Of a DNA stretch of 64,000 nucleotides, positions 23,546-37,184 are shown piece by piece; the first letter of the stretch is position 1; every line of letters starts with the position of its first letter. The DNA lies in NCBI GenBank assembly GCA_036172245.1, contig JAYWIR010000029.1, positions 1,798,001-1,862,000 on the forward strand, given 5' to 3'. The notes beneath the pieces were generated by a model. That model worked only from the letters and a program-made list of their open reading frames with translations. It made no database searches and was not told the DNA's origin. The position numbers and the translations under genes are program-made. This DNA is from Raillietiella orientalis. Lineage: Eukaryota.

Positions 23546-25009
23546 GCTACCATGGAAAACTCTTTTGGCTCTTCTCTTGTGAGCAAGAAACGCCCTCGAC
23601 ACAGCCAAGTGAAGTCCTCCTCACCCTTCCTTCTTCTCCATTTTTCCTTCTTCCTTCCCCCTCCTCACTCTCCTCCCTCCCCCTCCTCAACCTTTTTCCT
23701 CTTCCCCCCCGACTTTCTTCTTCCTTTTTTTTGGCTCGCGCGAGAGCACCAGAGTTTCATAGCCGCCAGACGGAGCACGAGCGGAGAGCCCGCAGGGAAG
23801 AGGAGGAGAATCGATAAACGCCTAGGGACGCTTCGCAGGCTGTGGGAGGGATCCTGGTGACGGACGGGAGGAAAATTTCGGCACACGGGAGAGGCCCGCG
23901 ACGAGCAGACCGGGACGACCCTCGCCTCATCTCTGCCTCAGGCCGATCCCCTAGCATCTCTCGAGCGGCCGAGAGTCACAGGCCGTGAAGGAAGCCGTGG
24001 GAAGAAGGGACGAGGTCGCGCCCTACCCACGCAGCACCGGGTGAAAAACAGGATATCAGTCTCGGGCGGCAGTCTCCGATCGTGGGCGTGCTCAAAGACG
24101 CAGCGGAACGGCTTTTGCCGTCACAGAGGTTTCCGGGCACCCGCGAGATCTCTGCCGTCCGTGGCCCTCCCGAGAATCGCAGAGCAGGCTGGGGAACGAA
24201 GAAAAAAGACGCCGATCCCTGGGGAGCTGCGGATGCTCCTCTCCCATCCTTGTGGAGTGCCTTTCTCCGACGTGGATTTTCTCCTCTTCCTGCTCCCACG
24301 TCCGAGGAACCAGAGAACCAGCATCTGAGATGGAAAAGGTCGCGCGCGGCATGATGAGAGGCAGTCCCCTCCACCCCCCTCCACCACCACCGAAGCTGCG
24401 TGGAGTCTGCAGTCCTCTAGAGAGAACCTGGAGACGCCGCGGGCAAAAGTCACTGTCTGACCCGTTTCGCATCGTGCTGGACGCCTGGAAACCAGCAACT
24501 TCTTGCCCTCCTTCCCTATTGCTCCCCCTCCTCCTCCTCCGAATTAAACCTCACCTTCCTTTCGTAGAGAGGCAGGTCGGCGTGGGTCCGCAATCTCCGA
24601 CACCTAACGCACAGGCCTGCAAATGTGACCCAAGGCCTCCAGAAAGATTCCCCCTTCGCGCAGGAAAAAGGGACAGGGAGAAAGTCTCCCCTACAAAGAA
24701 CAATGGCGATCGTTGTGTCGCGACGTCCGGGAAGTCTCAAGGGGTCGACCACTCTTGGCAAAAACGACTCTTTGCCTTGCTGCCCCTCCGAGGTCCGCTC
24801 TTCTCGACATTCCCCTGGAGGCCTCGAAATGCCCTCGACCGGCCATGTGGGAGAGCGCCGATTGTTCCCATTTTCTCTCCGCCCGGGATTCATCCCCTCT
24901 CCCTCTCTGCCATGGACTTCAGAGTCCCCCTGCCGGAACGGCCCCTGAAAACCCTCTCTCTCTTGAAACTTCGTTGGGCCATGCGCTCGAGGAAGACCAA
25001 TCAGGTTCC

Positions 25010-25290
25010 TGCTGAGTCCACAAGAACCATTCGCCTCCTCGAAGCTCTTTAACGTTGTCCACGGCGTCCTTCAATTCAGGACTTCGCGAGGGGACCACCC
25101 TATGAATTCAGGAAGGGATCCGGGGGAGGAGTCCGTTCCTCTCTCACGCTTGGGAGGGGTCCCCCGAGGGAACCCTCCACCCAGGTTGCCTCCAAAGGGA
25201 GTCCCAAAGGGAACCTCTTCCTAATTCTCTCCTAAGGTACCCCGGAGGGGATCTCTTCCTCATTTCTCCTCTGGAGGGAACCCTGAACGG
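25010..25290 (+). mobile_element. Repeat H copy H2, 5' part (directly upstream of LINE fragment L1)
   Basis: CAAGAACCATTCGCC...CCACCCTATGAATTCAGGAAGG...GGAACCCT matches the reverse complement of H3/H4. Confidence 0.65.
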
Positions 25291-25299
25291 ATCAGCTCC

Positions 25300-26734
25300 T
25301 TGGACCGCCTCCAGATCGCCCTCAGGGACAAAGGGAGGCCCCGAGTCTGCCTAAAAAAATTGCGTACTCTGCGCCGGGACGGCGACCTAGGACTCCTGAT
25401 GCTGGAGAGAATGGAGCTGCAGACCCAGTTTCCAATAATTGCCCTCGTGGCAAACCTTTGGAGAACCACCTGGTGCCAATCCGCACGCCTTCTGGTCCAG
25501 CAAGCCACCGGCAGCGTGAGACTCTCATCCTTCCTTGCGCGCGCTCCACGCAGTCTCATTCACTGCAGACTGCACCTTTGGCAGGTGGCCACGCTGGCCA
25601 GGAAAAACGGATGCATCTCGTGCCGCCCCGCGAACGGTAATCCTGGTTGCAGGAAACCGTTCGCACGTGGGCGAGAATCCAGGAGCCAAGCGCGGAACAT
25701 GTGCGACGTTTCCTGTACGAGCGTAACAACAACTGCACTCTCCGAGATATCCTAGAAGATCCCGTGAAGAGCGCGGGGGCAGACAGAACCTCACTAGCCG
25801 CCGCGCTGCCCTCTCTTAGGGAACACATGGGCAGCAACGTCGCGGCTAGATGGGAGGTTACTGTGGAAACCTCCGGAGGAGTAAAGGACTGGGCGAGTGG
25901 ACGACCGGCCAGTTCACCGACGCTGCGACCCCGAGTGCTCGGCCTCGTAGACTTTTGCGCTGGAACATGTTACTGGGAATTCTGCACGAAGACTCGCAGT
26001 GGCCCTCGGTGCTCGGCTCGCACCCTCCCCTTAAAGTGGCAAAAGTTGTTGTTGCTGCACTGGGGCCTCCCGTGCAACGCCCGCCGGCATCAGTGGACAC
26101 GGAAGGGAGGGAGGGACCCGAACTGTGCAAGGTGAGGGTAGCGCAAATCCCTCCCGCACCTCTTAGTGGAGCGTATTGCGCTCCGGACCCTGTGAGAACG
26201 CTTTGCTGCGACCCTTGGAACCCCAGAGGCAATGCCAGAGATGTTTGAAAGTGCCTCTTCCTGCGCGACACCCTCACGCCGGCAGCATCCCTAGCAGCAC
26301 TTTGCTGCCTACGCGGCGGGACCATGGCTGCATGGAGCAGCAACGCCAGAGGAGATCAGAACGACAGGGACACCATCTATTTTTCTGTCCTCTTCATGAG
26401 GACAGCGTCAAGATGGCCCCATCTGGGAACCATAAAACAGGAACTTGCCGGCATCCTTACAAGGATGCAGAGGACACCCTCCGGCACACAGTGATCCGTT
26501 CCCGAACCCCCCCCCCCCCATTGTTTTTTTTACTGTATGTTTTTCGTTTTATTTTTTTCATTTTGTTTGTCTCCCCTTCCCCTGTGCTGCCGAGGCGACC
26601 CCGCTGGCCTGCGGGCCAGTTCCCAGTAGGTTTCTTCTCGCGGTTATGAGTAGCGTTGCAGGATCAGATGTCCTGCCACAGATATGTATGTTTATTTTTT
26701 ATATTTGTTTATAATCCGACGTGACTGGGTGTCA
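25300..26734 (+). mobile_element. L1: decayed 3' 1.4 kb of an L1/Tx1-like non-LTR retrotransposon (post-RT region, zf-RVT-like motif, 3'UTR, terminal hairpin)
   Basis: Frameshifted peptides LQIALRDKGRP...GDLGLL and KWQKLLLLHWGLPCNARRHQW...DPNCAR*G*RKSLPHLL. Homologous to 38.7-40.3 kb. Ends GTGACTGGGTGTCA. Confidence 0.8.
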
Positions 26735-26900
26735 ACCAGTACCGCCGCAGCTGAAGTCTGTGATCCAGCCAGAATCATATTGTGAAGGGGCACTCGAACT
26801 CAGGATGCACCCGTTTCTCTGGAGTCGATCCTCGACTTGGGGATTCGAACCCCGCAACGCTTGGTACACAATGCGAGAAGACTTGGGCCACGTGGTCCTT
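26735..26900 (+). mobile_element. Repeat H copy H2, 3' part (resumes at the target site after L1)
   Basis: ACCAGTACCGC...CGAACTCAGGATGCACC...TTCGAACCCCGCAACGCTTGGT aligns with the reverse complement of H6 (48040-48189). Confidence 0.72.
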
Positions 26901-29900
26901 CCAATACGGGCTCCTGCTGCTTGCCTTGGGCCCGCGTGGGGCATCTCCAGTTCAAGGTAGCTACCCCGTCCCTATTCAGACAGCCGTAAACGAAAGTAAT
27001 GCGCCTGCTCACGCAGCCCCACGAAAAGTGAAGGGCATATCCGGGAAAGGGAAGCAGGAAAAATGGCCTTGAAACATCCCAGCCATGTTATCCGGGGGTA
27101 GTTTGCAGGGAAGTCAGGTCAGCTGAGGAAGGAGAAGAAGATGCCGGTGGTGAGCAATCGCTCGTGCATCGTGGGCGCTTTCGAGACCGGCAGAGTGGCG
27201 AACGCTCATCTCCATCAACTCGTCGTCTACACCGACACCGAACAGCATCCTTTCCAGGAGACGGATGGTCCTCGAATTACCACACTTCTTCGTCAGTAGG
27301 AATTTGGAATGGGACTCATAGACGTTGAACTCTTCAAGACTTTTTGCTTATCTTGCTTCCCTTCTTGCTTGTGATCGAAGCGTCTAGCACTCCAGTTCTT
27401 GCATTTTGTTCCGCTTTTGAGTAGCAGCCACAGAAACGTCCTCTCACGTAGGATCTGTCATGCAAGATGCTTCCCCTTGGTACCTGTAAAGCATACGAGC
27501 AGTTAGTTTCTCCCGACAAGATACTCCGAGACAGAAGATAGACAGAAGTGGAACCTGGAGACCAGTCCGGAATGGAGAAGCGCGCAGCTTCCTTGCCCCC
27601 CTCAGCATCCTCTGCTTCCATGCCGTCTGCTCTCGTCCGTAGTTCACGCAGTTTCTGAGATCCGCACGTTGCGGACCGAGCTGTCATCTCATCAGCTTAA
27701 ATCCAGGAGTAGCAGAATCTCGAGTTGAACGGATCGCTTCGAGACGAACTGTGATTCTGGTTTGAATCCCCCCATTGACTTGGAGACCCAGCTCCTTTCG
27801 CCTCCCGTGGATGCGTTTCAATAGAGTCTTCATCTGAAGGTCTCTCTTGCCCATTCCTCGCTGATTCGCTCCCATTGTGCGTTGAATTCGCACTTCGTCG
27901 TTAGCTCCTTTCTTGCTGTCACCTTGCGCATTCTGTATCCTGGAGGAGCAGAAACTACCGGGTTGGACGAACAGGATTGCTTGTAGAATGCCAGAAATTG
28001 GAGACGTTCAAATGCATAATTCCAATTTTCTACTTGCACGCGCAGCCTTGGACCCCTTCCTCAGTTGTAATGAGGTGCGAACAAGAAAAAGTAGGCCTTA
28101 GATCTTACGAAGCAGATCCCGCGAGCAGTTTTCTATCTTAGCCTTCCTTACCGAACTCAGTTATTCTTTAAGGAGTGAGGCAGCAGCCACGCAGAGACAG
28201 CAGCTCGTTAGAGAAGTACCAACAAAGAGATTCCTAATTCCTATTTAGAGATTTCTATCCTAAGAGATTCGCAAAAGGTGCAAGTTGAAAATTAGAAACA
28301 GTGGTATGAGCAGCTGGCTGCCTCTCAAAATGGACGAACAGGCAGAATATGCTAATGTGAGGCGAAGGAAATAGGAGAAGCGACGAAGCACTACTAAGGA
28401 GCTCTTCGCTTACGGCTAACCGCCATCTCGATGCAGCAGTCGGGGCCACTGAAAATTTCCTGGACTTTCCCCTTGGAAGCGGGCAAGAATGAAGGGAAAG
28501 GAGGAAAGGAAGCTAAAGAGCCGAGACATAGGTTGACAGCCTTAGCTTCAGGTGCCCAGAGTGAATTCTGAAGCTGTGGGGACGGAGAGAATCAGGTCCA
28601 CAAGGAAAGAAACTCGTGCAGGAAGACTGGAGACTGGATCCACGGTTGGTCGTAGGAAATAGAGCTGGTGAGAGAGAGCAAGGATGGTGGGGAGAGACTC
28701 GTGGCGGATAACGAGGAAATCTCACCTCCTTGGGATAGAACCTTTGCCAGCTGTAGCCAGGAGCCGCCTTTCCAAAAAGCTCAATTGAAGAAAGGGAGGA
28801 TTTGATCCGATCCCGAGTACCTTTCTCCGTGTCGATGAGCAAGTGGGAAACCTGGAAGCCACAGGATTAAGTGTGACGGCATGACTGCTTCTCTTGCTTC
28901 TCTAGGATCCAAATTCACCGAACATAGTTGGAGTCAGCACTGCCATTTGAAAATTTCGAGACGGGACTGTCAAGACGCAAGCCATTGGTGTATCAGAGGA
29001 AAGTGGAATATATGGCGAAAGTACGGGGTGTTGGAATTTGCCACGCACGAAATGCAAAAGAGCAAATCGGTAGTGAAGACAAGTACAAAAGATTGGAGGA
29101 TCCACCTAGAAAGGACGAAACTCGAAGGTGGGTACGCAGCAAGACAAAAAAAGAATTTTACGGAAGCAGATGAGCAGATTCGAGAATTCTGCGATTCATG
29201 GGTCGGTTAATCAAATCGTCTCGTAGAGGAGCCTACAAGAGAAGGAAGGAATGGTGGATTGAGTAGCAAAGTCATCATTCTAGCTATGGGAACAAGTGGA
29301 TCAGTCACTCACACCTAATAGTCTCTTGGAACTGAAGGGTCAGAGGAAAGGGATTCCTGGGTAGATACTTTGGAGGGGATTTTCGTGGCGATACCAGCAA
29401 AAAAGAAGGCGAAGCAAGAAACCCTAAACTCCGGAGAAAATGGGTATGGAAAGAAGCTATTTTGTGTAACTTGTCATTGAAAGGGAAAACCTAGTTTTTC
29501 CCTGTCGTTAGCCAAAGGCATCATCTGGTTTGAAAAAGCATAAGACGCGTTACGAGAAGAGGGTGAGAAAGATCCCCTTGAACAGAGGACGGACTTTTCT
29601 TCCATTTTACCGTCGCTCTCTCATAGCAGAAGATGACCGGCGAGGAGACAACTGTCAAGCCGGAGGTGAACATCCTGGAGAGCAGGTCGCTGGAAGTTGG
29701 ACTGCTTTTTCGATGCACGTCAGGCCTCACTGCTTCCTGGAGCATTCCAAAAGCACAAGTGAGATAAAGCCTCCCTGAAGACGCGTTTCCATGAGTACGT
29801 TTTTCTTTCCGGAAGTGGTTCATGAAAGATGATGATCAGATGCAAGGTGGCGATGTGCTGACAGTCGAAAGGAAGGACTCCGTGAGCCGATCTGGAATCC

Positions 29901-32900
29901 CAGGATGTCCGAATTTTCTTGGGAAATTTCACCTTGGAGACCCTGAGCAGTTTCCGGGTAGTCTCTTCGCCCTCAGTTGTGAGGTGGGCTCGGTATCTTC
30001 CTCGATTCAGCAAATTGCCTCCCACACTGCAGCAGGGAATTGTGATCACCGTGAGGTCGATCCACCTCACTCCTGTTTATCCATCGGTCCTCCTTCCTCC
30101 CCAGCAGGTTCGAACCCTTTGGACTTGCTTGGGGACGGCAGACGATGACCCTTCCTTAAAGCGTACATTTTTTCAATGAGTCCATTTTAAACGAACCGCT
30201 CTGCGTGCCAATGTGTGATTTCGAAGAGCACCGGTTGCTTCTCCACGGAATCCGAAGTGCGCATAAAAGGCCGACAGGTTTTGGCATGCGCAGAATGACG
30301 TGACACGACAACGGCCGCATGAGCGTAGTAGCCGCTTTCGTGAGGTTTGGAAATCAGGCTAGGAGCGAGCGTTTCCTGACCATGCACAGACATCAGGAGC
30401 TCAGATATCAGGAGCTCAGCATGCGGTGGCATGTGCTCTCAACAGAACGCCGAATCGTTTATGTTCAGAAGGCGTCACGCGTATCGGATGCTGAGAGTTT
30501 GAATAGATCAGTCAAAATTCATCACGAAGAACGTACAAAGTTGACTGGCCTTACTTTGCGTGAGCTTCAGGGACCGCAGGCGACCGCCACAGTGTGTTTG
30601 AAACAGCCTCAAAAAATCAGCGCACATTGAGCACGTGTCTGCAAGGACAGCAAAGTGAAAAGGCTCCAGAATGCCATTTCCTCTGAGATCGATGCTTTTT
30701 CAGAGGAGAGCACTGTCGACCACACCAAGCGACCTCGGGCAGAAAAGGGCTGTGATTTCAGTCGCAAGTCGGAAGTTCTGCTAATGGAAATCTGGCCTTC
30801 CTTTTCTGCAACAGCCCCCCGGACACCTCCGTGTTTTCGCTCCATGGAAGCTGGAATTTCTGCTGTTTTTGCACTGTGCAATCAACATTCCAGTGCAATC
30901 AGCGCAGCCACCTGGTTTGCCTTAAGGTGCGGGGGAGATGGAATCGTTCTTGCACCTTCTGTTGGACCCGCCCGGGAGACATGTGGTGGTGACTCGCTTC
31001 GGCGCTCCGTCATCCGCAGGACTTGCTGTAGCGCTTCTTCACTCAATGCGGACTGAGGACAGGCTCTGTAATTGCAGCGATCTGTTGCATCCGCTCCATA
31101 GTGACAGTCCGCTCCGTGATGGAGTCTCGTTTGTAGCGATGGGAGGCCACCAGCGTAGCAACTGCCTTGATGAGGACGGCTCAGAAGTGGCCTCACCTGC
31201 AAGAGGAAGTCTCCAGGGTGATTGCCGAGATTGCCATCATTCAGCATCAGCTCTAGGAAGGAAGGAATGTTTGATACCTAAGACCTCCGTTCCTACCCTC
31301 TCATCTTTTCTTATTATTTATTGTCCCTTCCTTCTGTTCCTTGCTTTTTAGAATCCAGCCTGTGTGCCGGTGGTCATCCCCAACGGATTTTTTTTTCTCT
31401 GGCATCTTTTGCATTGGGGTCTTTAGACCTGGTCCTTAACATGAAAAGAAGGATACGAATTTAATGAGAACTTCAAGGTGGAACGCTTCCGATTACTGGT
31501 ATCCCTGCACCTGAGTGCTCTTTGATGAAGGCAGGAAACGACAATCCACTCCCTCAAGAACAATTGCTTCCTTAATTAAGAATCTGCGCAGCAATTTCTC
31601 CAGCACAATTCAATCACTCATGCTCCCTCGTTTGCGGAACAGCAAGACGTCTCAGAGAGCAAGGACGTCAAAAGGAAGACCTGCATTGGAAGGCAGAAGA
31701 GAGGATACTGCCGGCAACACACTCTTCTCCAGAGGAAGAAAAGCAGTTTGTTTCGCCGACGACCTTTTTGATGGTCGAGCTGGAACGTGTCCATGACAGG
31801 TGTCCCAATCTCGGTGTCCCAAAGCATCACAAGCCATCGAAATGCCAGCTGGAACCATTGGCGGCGTTTTTCGACAACTCACAGTCTGAAAAATCTTCAA
31901 CTAGTGAGGGTACCCCCAGAGGACAACCATGGTGACGTAGCTAGTTTCGGTGGATTTCACTCGAAGAACAGTGGCTCGTAATGTGTACTTTTGGTTCCTT
32001 GGAATCGCGACTTAAAGTCAAATCATGAAGCTTAAGAGTGATTGATCAGTCACTCAAGAATGCTTCCGTTTGAAAGTGAATTGATGAACCGATATTCTGA
32101 AATCAACAAGGGTGGATACGATAGTACCCCATCTATACCTTGATTGGTGGGCTGATTTGGGGGGGGGGGCGGTCTCGCAGTAACAGCAAGCCGTGACGCC
32201 CTGATCAGAAAAGAACCAAAAAACAATTAAGGTGGCCATGAAATCAGAATGAAAAAGATGAGAACCAACACCAGAAACGAAAATTATCCCAGAAGATTTC
32301 ATCATGCCGTGTTCATGATGGAAATTTTGCAATTTGCACGGCAGGCATGGGGAAAAGTTCAGGGGAAAAAAAAAGGAGCTCAGTGCATGTAAACAACGAA
32401 AGGCAAAGAACTTATTGGCCTGAGACCTAGGAGCTGGGAAACCTGGTAGGCTATGGAAGCAAGCTGGTAGGATGCAGTCGCTTGTGAGAACACGGTTTTG
32501 TTTCCTGGGCATCACAGCCATACGGCCGCCAACGCACCGTGTGTCTGTCTTGCAGTTCTTGAAGGCAAGGAAGGTCGTCTTCTGGATACCGGAGGATCGA
32601 GCAAGGGATCCTTCAGAAGCCTGAACAAGGGAAAAGAAAGTGGATGGGAACGAGAGACTGCGGCAGACTCCGGCTGCTCCAGCCCAATCTCTCCACTGAG
32701 TGAATCTCCCATCTTTGGTGATCCTCGCAGCAGTCTTTCACTATCTTGTGACCTATTTCTTGCGATCTCGCCACTGCTACGGTTTCTTTGCTGAGACTCC
32801 AGGACCGTGAGCTGATAGAGTGATGGCAGCGACGACTAGACTGGCTCAGCAATTGCAGGGCTCGAGAAGGAATTCCCGGTCGCTTTGAGACCGGCTAAGA

Positions 32901-33799
32901 AAGGTCGCCTCCAGGGATTCTTCGAACGCCTCACGAAATTTCATGTGATGCTTTTGAAAGGTGTTGCTGGACCAGGGAAAGGTTTTCCTGGACGCCTCCT
33001 CTCTTCATCGACGCGGCTTCCCAGTCACAAGAGGGTTCCCTCCTGAGCTCAGTCGCACCACTGTAAGAAAAGCCTGGTTACCTCCAGAAGGAATCTGAAC
33101 CCCAGAGCGTTGGCACCTTAATGTTACCGCTCACCCTTGATGTCAGGTCTTCCCGGACACGTGACTCCGATGCACGGATACGGTCTGTTCAGTTTCTCTG
33201 CCTTCCTTCTTCCTGCCAGTGCTTCAAGGAAGTTCATAGCCCACAAACGGCTGAGCTTTGGTTGTCCCTTTGTGGACAGCCACAAATCCAGGAAGGCAGA
33301 TGGGCCTTCCCGCATCGCAGCTGCTTCCTCCGGTTTCTTCTTTTCTTCCCTGTCCGGTACGTGCTCCGAGGGTCTCTGGGAGAATTTGCGTGCCACTCCG
33401 AAGCTATTGCTTGCGATCCCTGATAGAATGCTCCTCTCAGGAATAAAAGACTAGCTGCTTTTCCTCTCAGGAACTAGAACACAGTCGAGGGAGCCTTTAC
33501 TATCAGCTCCTACAAGCTTCTTCCTGAATGCAGGGAGCAGATCTTCTCCGATTCTCGAGTGCGGCTCGTTCATCAGGGACACAGCGCCGGATGTTGTCGT
33601 GGCGTCCCTAGAAACGGCTGCCTCGCTTCGGTGATTCTCTTCTTCCATGTACTCCTCCTGCCTTTGGACTTTCTCTCCGCGGTCCCTTTGAATTGCTTCC
33701 AGCACCCTCGTTTTTTCCTCTGGGATCCCATCCACTCCCTCGTACCCTTCCCCGAGCCAGTCCGCTACGAATCCTCAGGGTTCCTCGGAAACCGTAAGG

Positions 33800-34990
33800 C
33801 GCACAAACTGCACCCGCGTCGGCAATCGCGTGGCTGCGGTTTCCGCGCGTGGCACCAAGTGTTGTGGGTTTGGATCCCTCCCGGGGAAGGGTCGATGCAG
33901 AGAAAGAAGGGTGCATCGCGGGTTTCGATCCCCCCCCCCCCTCGCGCGATGACACTGGTTGTCCTGTTGGCCTACAGGCTTCGGGTGCGGCATTGGTTGA
34001 CGCCCGGTCATGCCGAGGTTTTATTTATAAAATAAACATAAACGTCTGTGGCAGGACGTTTGACCCTGCCACGTCACTTATAACCACTCTCCCACACAAA
34101 TGACTCCACGAATAACCACGAGGAACCTGCTGGGAACTGGCACGCAGGCCAGCAGGATTCGCCTCGGCAGCACAGGGAAAGGGGAGACAAACAAAAGAAA
34201 AAAATAAAACAAAAAACATACATTCAAAGAATGGGAAGGGGGGTTTAAGAAGGGATCACTGTGTGCTCGAGGGCGTCTTCTGCATCCCTGTAAGGATGCT
34301 GGAAAGTTCCTGTTTTAGGACTTCTAGATGGGGCCATCTTGACGCTATCCTCATGAAGAGGTGCGGCATTGGTGGAGGCCAGATGCTCCCGTTGAGTGGC
34401 CGGGACTGTAAGTCGACCTTCCGGGGTCCTTTTAGGAATCAAGAAGCCTTTCGGGGGGTTTTCCTCCGGTTGCGGAAATGAAGCCGCACCATGAAGCTGG
34501 TTGATGACGTCTCCCCCTTCCCTCGGGGGTGCACTGCTCCCTTCAGGGAGCACCTCTCAGAGAAATCGGAAAGCGTCCCCTCGGGGTTCTCTTTAGAGGA
34601 GGAGGGAGCGAGGAGCCGATCCTTTCCGGAGGTCCTTCCGGAGAGGAAACAAGGAGTGGTTCCCTTCAGAGAGAATGAGGAAGAGGGGCTCTCCCTTCGG
34701 GGTTCCCTCCGAAGGCAACCGGGGCGAGGGTTCTCTCCGGGATTCCCTACTAAGAGTAAGAGAGGAACGGGCTCCTTCCTGGATTCAGAGGGTGGCTCCC
34801 TCCCGGGGTGCCCCTCAACTTGAAGAGTCCACTATACGCGCCCTCGAGTGGTGTGGAATCGTGCTGAAGAGCTTGGTAAACCCCTAGGCGAGAATGGTTC
34901 TTGAGTACTTGGCGAACCAAAAAAAAAAACGGAAACCCTAAAAAAAAAAAAAAATCTGGAAGGAAGACAGAGAAACAGAAAAGAAAGTGC
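33800..34990 (-). mobile_element. Repeat H copy H3, interrupted by L2; ORF1-like sequence probably continues to ~33450 or further
   Basis: 34360-34990 and 33800-33997 are collinear with uninterrupted H1 and H6. A degenerate knuckle-like stretch, TWCHA(C)GNRSHAIAD, lies near 33820-33865. Confidence 0.75.
33998..34359 (-). mobile_element. L2: 362-bp 5'-truncated LINE 3' end with a perfect 14-bp target-site duplication
   Basis: GGTGCGGCATTGGT at 33984-33997 and 34360-34373. The body matches L1 26390-26734. No poly(A) tail. Confidence 0.88.
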
Positions 34991-37184
34991 GATGTTTCGT
35001 GTCCATTATGGAGAGGAAAGAGTACACGTTCGAGCACTGACGCAGGTGTGACCGTTATCACGAGGTTGCATGGAAGGAAGGGAGGGTGGAGGTAGCATAG
35101 ACGGTCTGAGATCAGCGGGCGAAGGTGAGCTTGCAAAGCGCGCGCCATGCCCGTTCCGCTTCTTCCGGAGAAATCATCTGCCCAACTGCCTCTCTTCCCG
35201 CTTAGGGCTGGTCCAAGGAGTCTCCCGCTGAGGTGTCTTCGAAAGCGGCTGCGAGTATGCTCCCAGGGACGAAAGAGAGACCCGCTCCTCGCCTTGCTCC
35301 TGAAACCCTCACGCTGCCGTGGAAACGGACGCAAGGACGGCCGTCTCTGTGAGCTCTCCGCGAGCAGGCGTGTCAAAGTGGATCGGCCGCTCGTGAGTTC
35401 TCTGGGCGCCGAGGGGTCATCAGCATGACCCGGTTTATTTCGAATCCTTCTGAGTCACTCCAGTCCTCTTTCCCGTTTCGAGGTGAGTAAAAGTGCACGG
35501 AGGGGGCCACGCGAAGCCGCGGAAGCACCGTTCGAAGCCGAACGGGAAAAAAAGCAAACACAGGAAAGCCGGGAGAAAATCCAAACACGGGAGATGACGT
35601 GTTCGAGATTCCTGCGCGCCGCAGAACGCACGTCTGCAAACCTCGCCGTCCGTTTTGTCCCGACTTTCTTCCCCAGCATGACGAAAGCATCTCCAAAAGA
35701 TCGAGGCTCCCCATTGGGGGGACTTATCTGCTGATAAAACTCACAAACATAGATTCCCACGGATCAACATTTCTGGCATATATTCGAGTCAAGTGACACA
35801 GAATTTTCGAGGGCGAGATGCGAGCAGGATGGAATGAGTTCAAACTCTGCAATGATTTTTTTTTTTTTTTTAAAAAAAAAAAATGAAGACTGCATAAAAA
35901 TTAACGCTTGTCAGACATTTGAAGATTTATGAAACAACCGATGGAATAACTTCTCTAAGAAACAGGCTCCTACTCACGAGGTCCCCTGACATTGGCGGGA
36001 AAAACCGATAAGGTTAACCTGAATTCAAGTAGGTGCAATTTTCAGTTTTCTTGGGTCACCTTCCGGGAGGCAGCCTCAGTCCCGAACTGGAATTGACCAC
36101 AACATCTCGAGCAAGGCCTGGATCAGTGGGCTCCATGCCTCGAAGCCTACCGTGTGCTTCCAAGGAAGCGGGCCAGAAAGGAGACTTCCTCTCCATGCCT
36201 TTGCTGCTTGCCTGCCTGAAGAATACGGTCAGACGTGTTTCCCTGTCGAACTGATCCTGGCTCAGCGCTCGTGGAATCTCAAGTTTCATGAGGGATATGG
36301 CACTCGGTTCCAAATAGAGAGGTCCTTCGGCATCGGTCATCGTCATGAGCACAAAAGAAAATCTACAGCCTGAAGCCCTCTATCGATGGGAGATCTTGGT
36401 AGCAGCTTTTACAACATGGAGATAGAGAACTCTGGAACGGCGGGACATGATCTCATCGATCACCTTTTGTCGGGTTTTGATCTTCCACACTCAAACTCCT
36501 GTAACTTCCGTGTTTCCTAACCAGTGGAAGAGAGCGTTCATTCGCAACGGATTGTCCACTAAGCATCCAGCTCCACATCCTGCCATACTCTGGAGTGAAT
36601 GTCCTTTGCCCATCCTAGGCGATTTTAACACAGGAAATATTTTTTTATGTTCAATGGCACAGTGTATCTCCTTGACCTGAGGTCAGTCTTGGAAATGCGA
36701 GCGAAACTGGACGGATTAATGGTTCCATCTGGACTCACCAAGGGTATTTGGAATACTTCTCAGGTCTTTCTAAAACAGTTGTAGCGAGAAGAAATCAAGA
36801 CAGCTTCGAAAACAGGTCTTTGATCTCCCATGAGGGATGGAATGGTAACCGAGAGAGAGCTCCCTGCATATGTTTCCGAAGAGAACAAGAACCTTCGAGC
36901 TTTTCCATCGCCCATTTCGATGGGTGGTGTTCTCTTACTGCCAACTTTTCCCATGACCTTCCTCGTTACTTTATTGTCGGGAGTGTTTCCTAGTTGATGA
37001 TGCTCCCCTTGCAACTTCAAGAGCCCTGTTTGCTTCCTGTTCTTGTCCGAGAGTCCTGCTTCCGAAACTCTTCCGTTTTCAGCATCGGTGTGAAGCTTTC
37101 ATCCTTTTTGCATTCTCCCATGGGCTCTCCAATCTATTCGTCCGGGCATCAACTTGGATTCTGCCTCTTCTCGTGCTGGAAACC

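Noticed and set aside
112..25052. Many long overlapping ORFs (e.g. 364-1473, 2028-3113, 19515-20531, 20469-21875)
   Set aside because: Antisense or alternate-frame shadows and low-complexity translations expected at high GC; no recognisable domains.
35856..35883. T16A12 palindrome
   Set aside because: Homopolymer runs are common in this window, and there is no flanking inverted-repeat element.
36447..37020. LPILGDFN (APE-like) on plus and an RTE-like C-terminal hint on minus
   Set aside because: Isolated short motifs on opposite strands with no supporting flanks.
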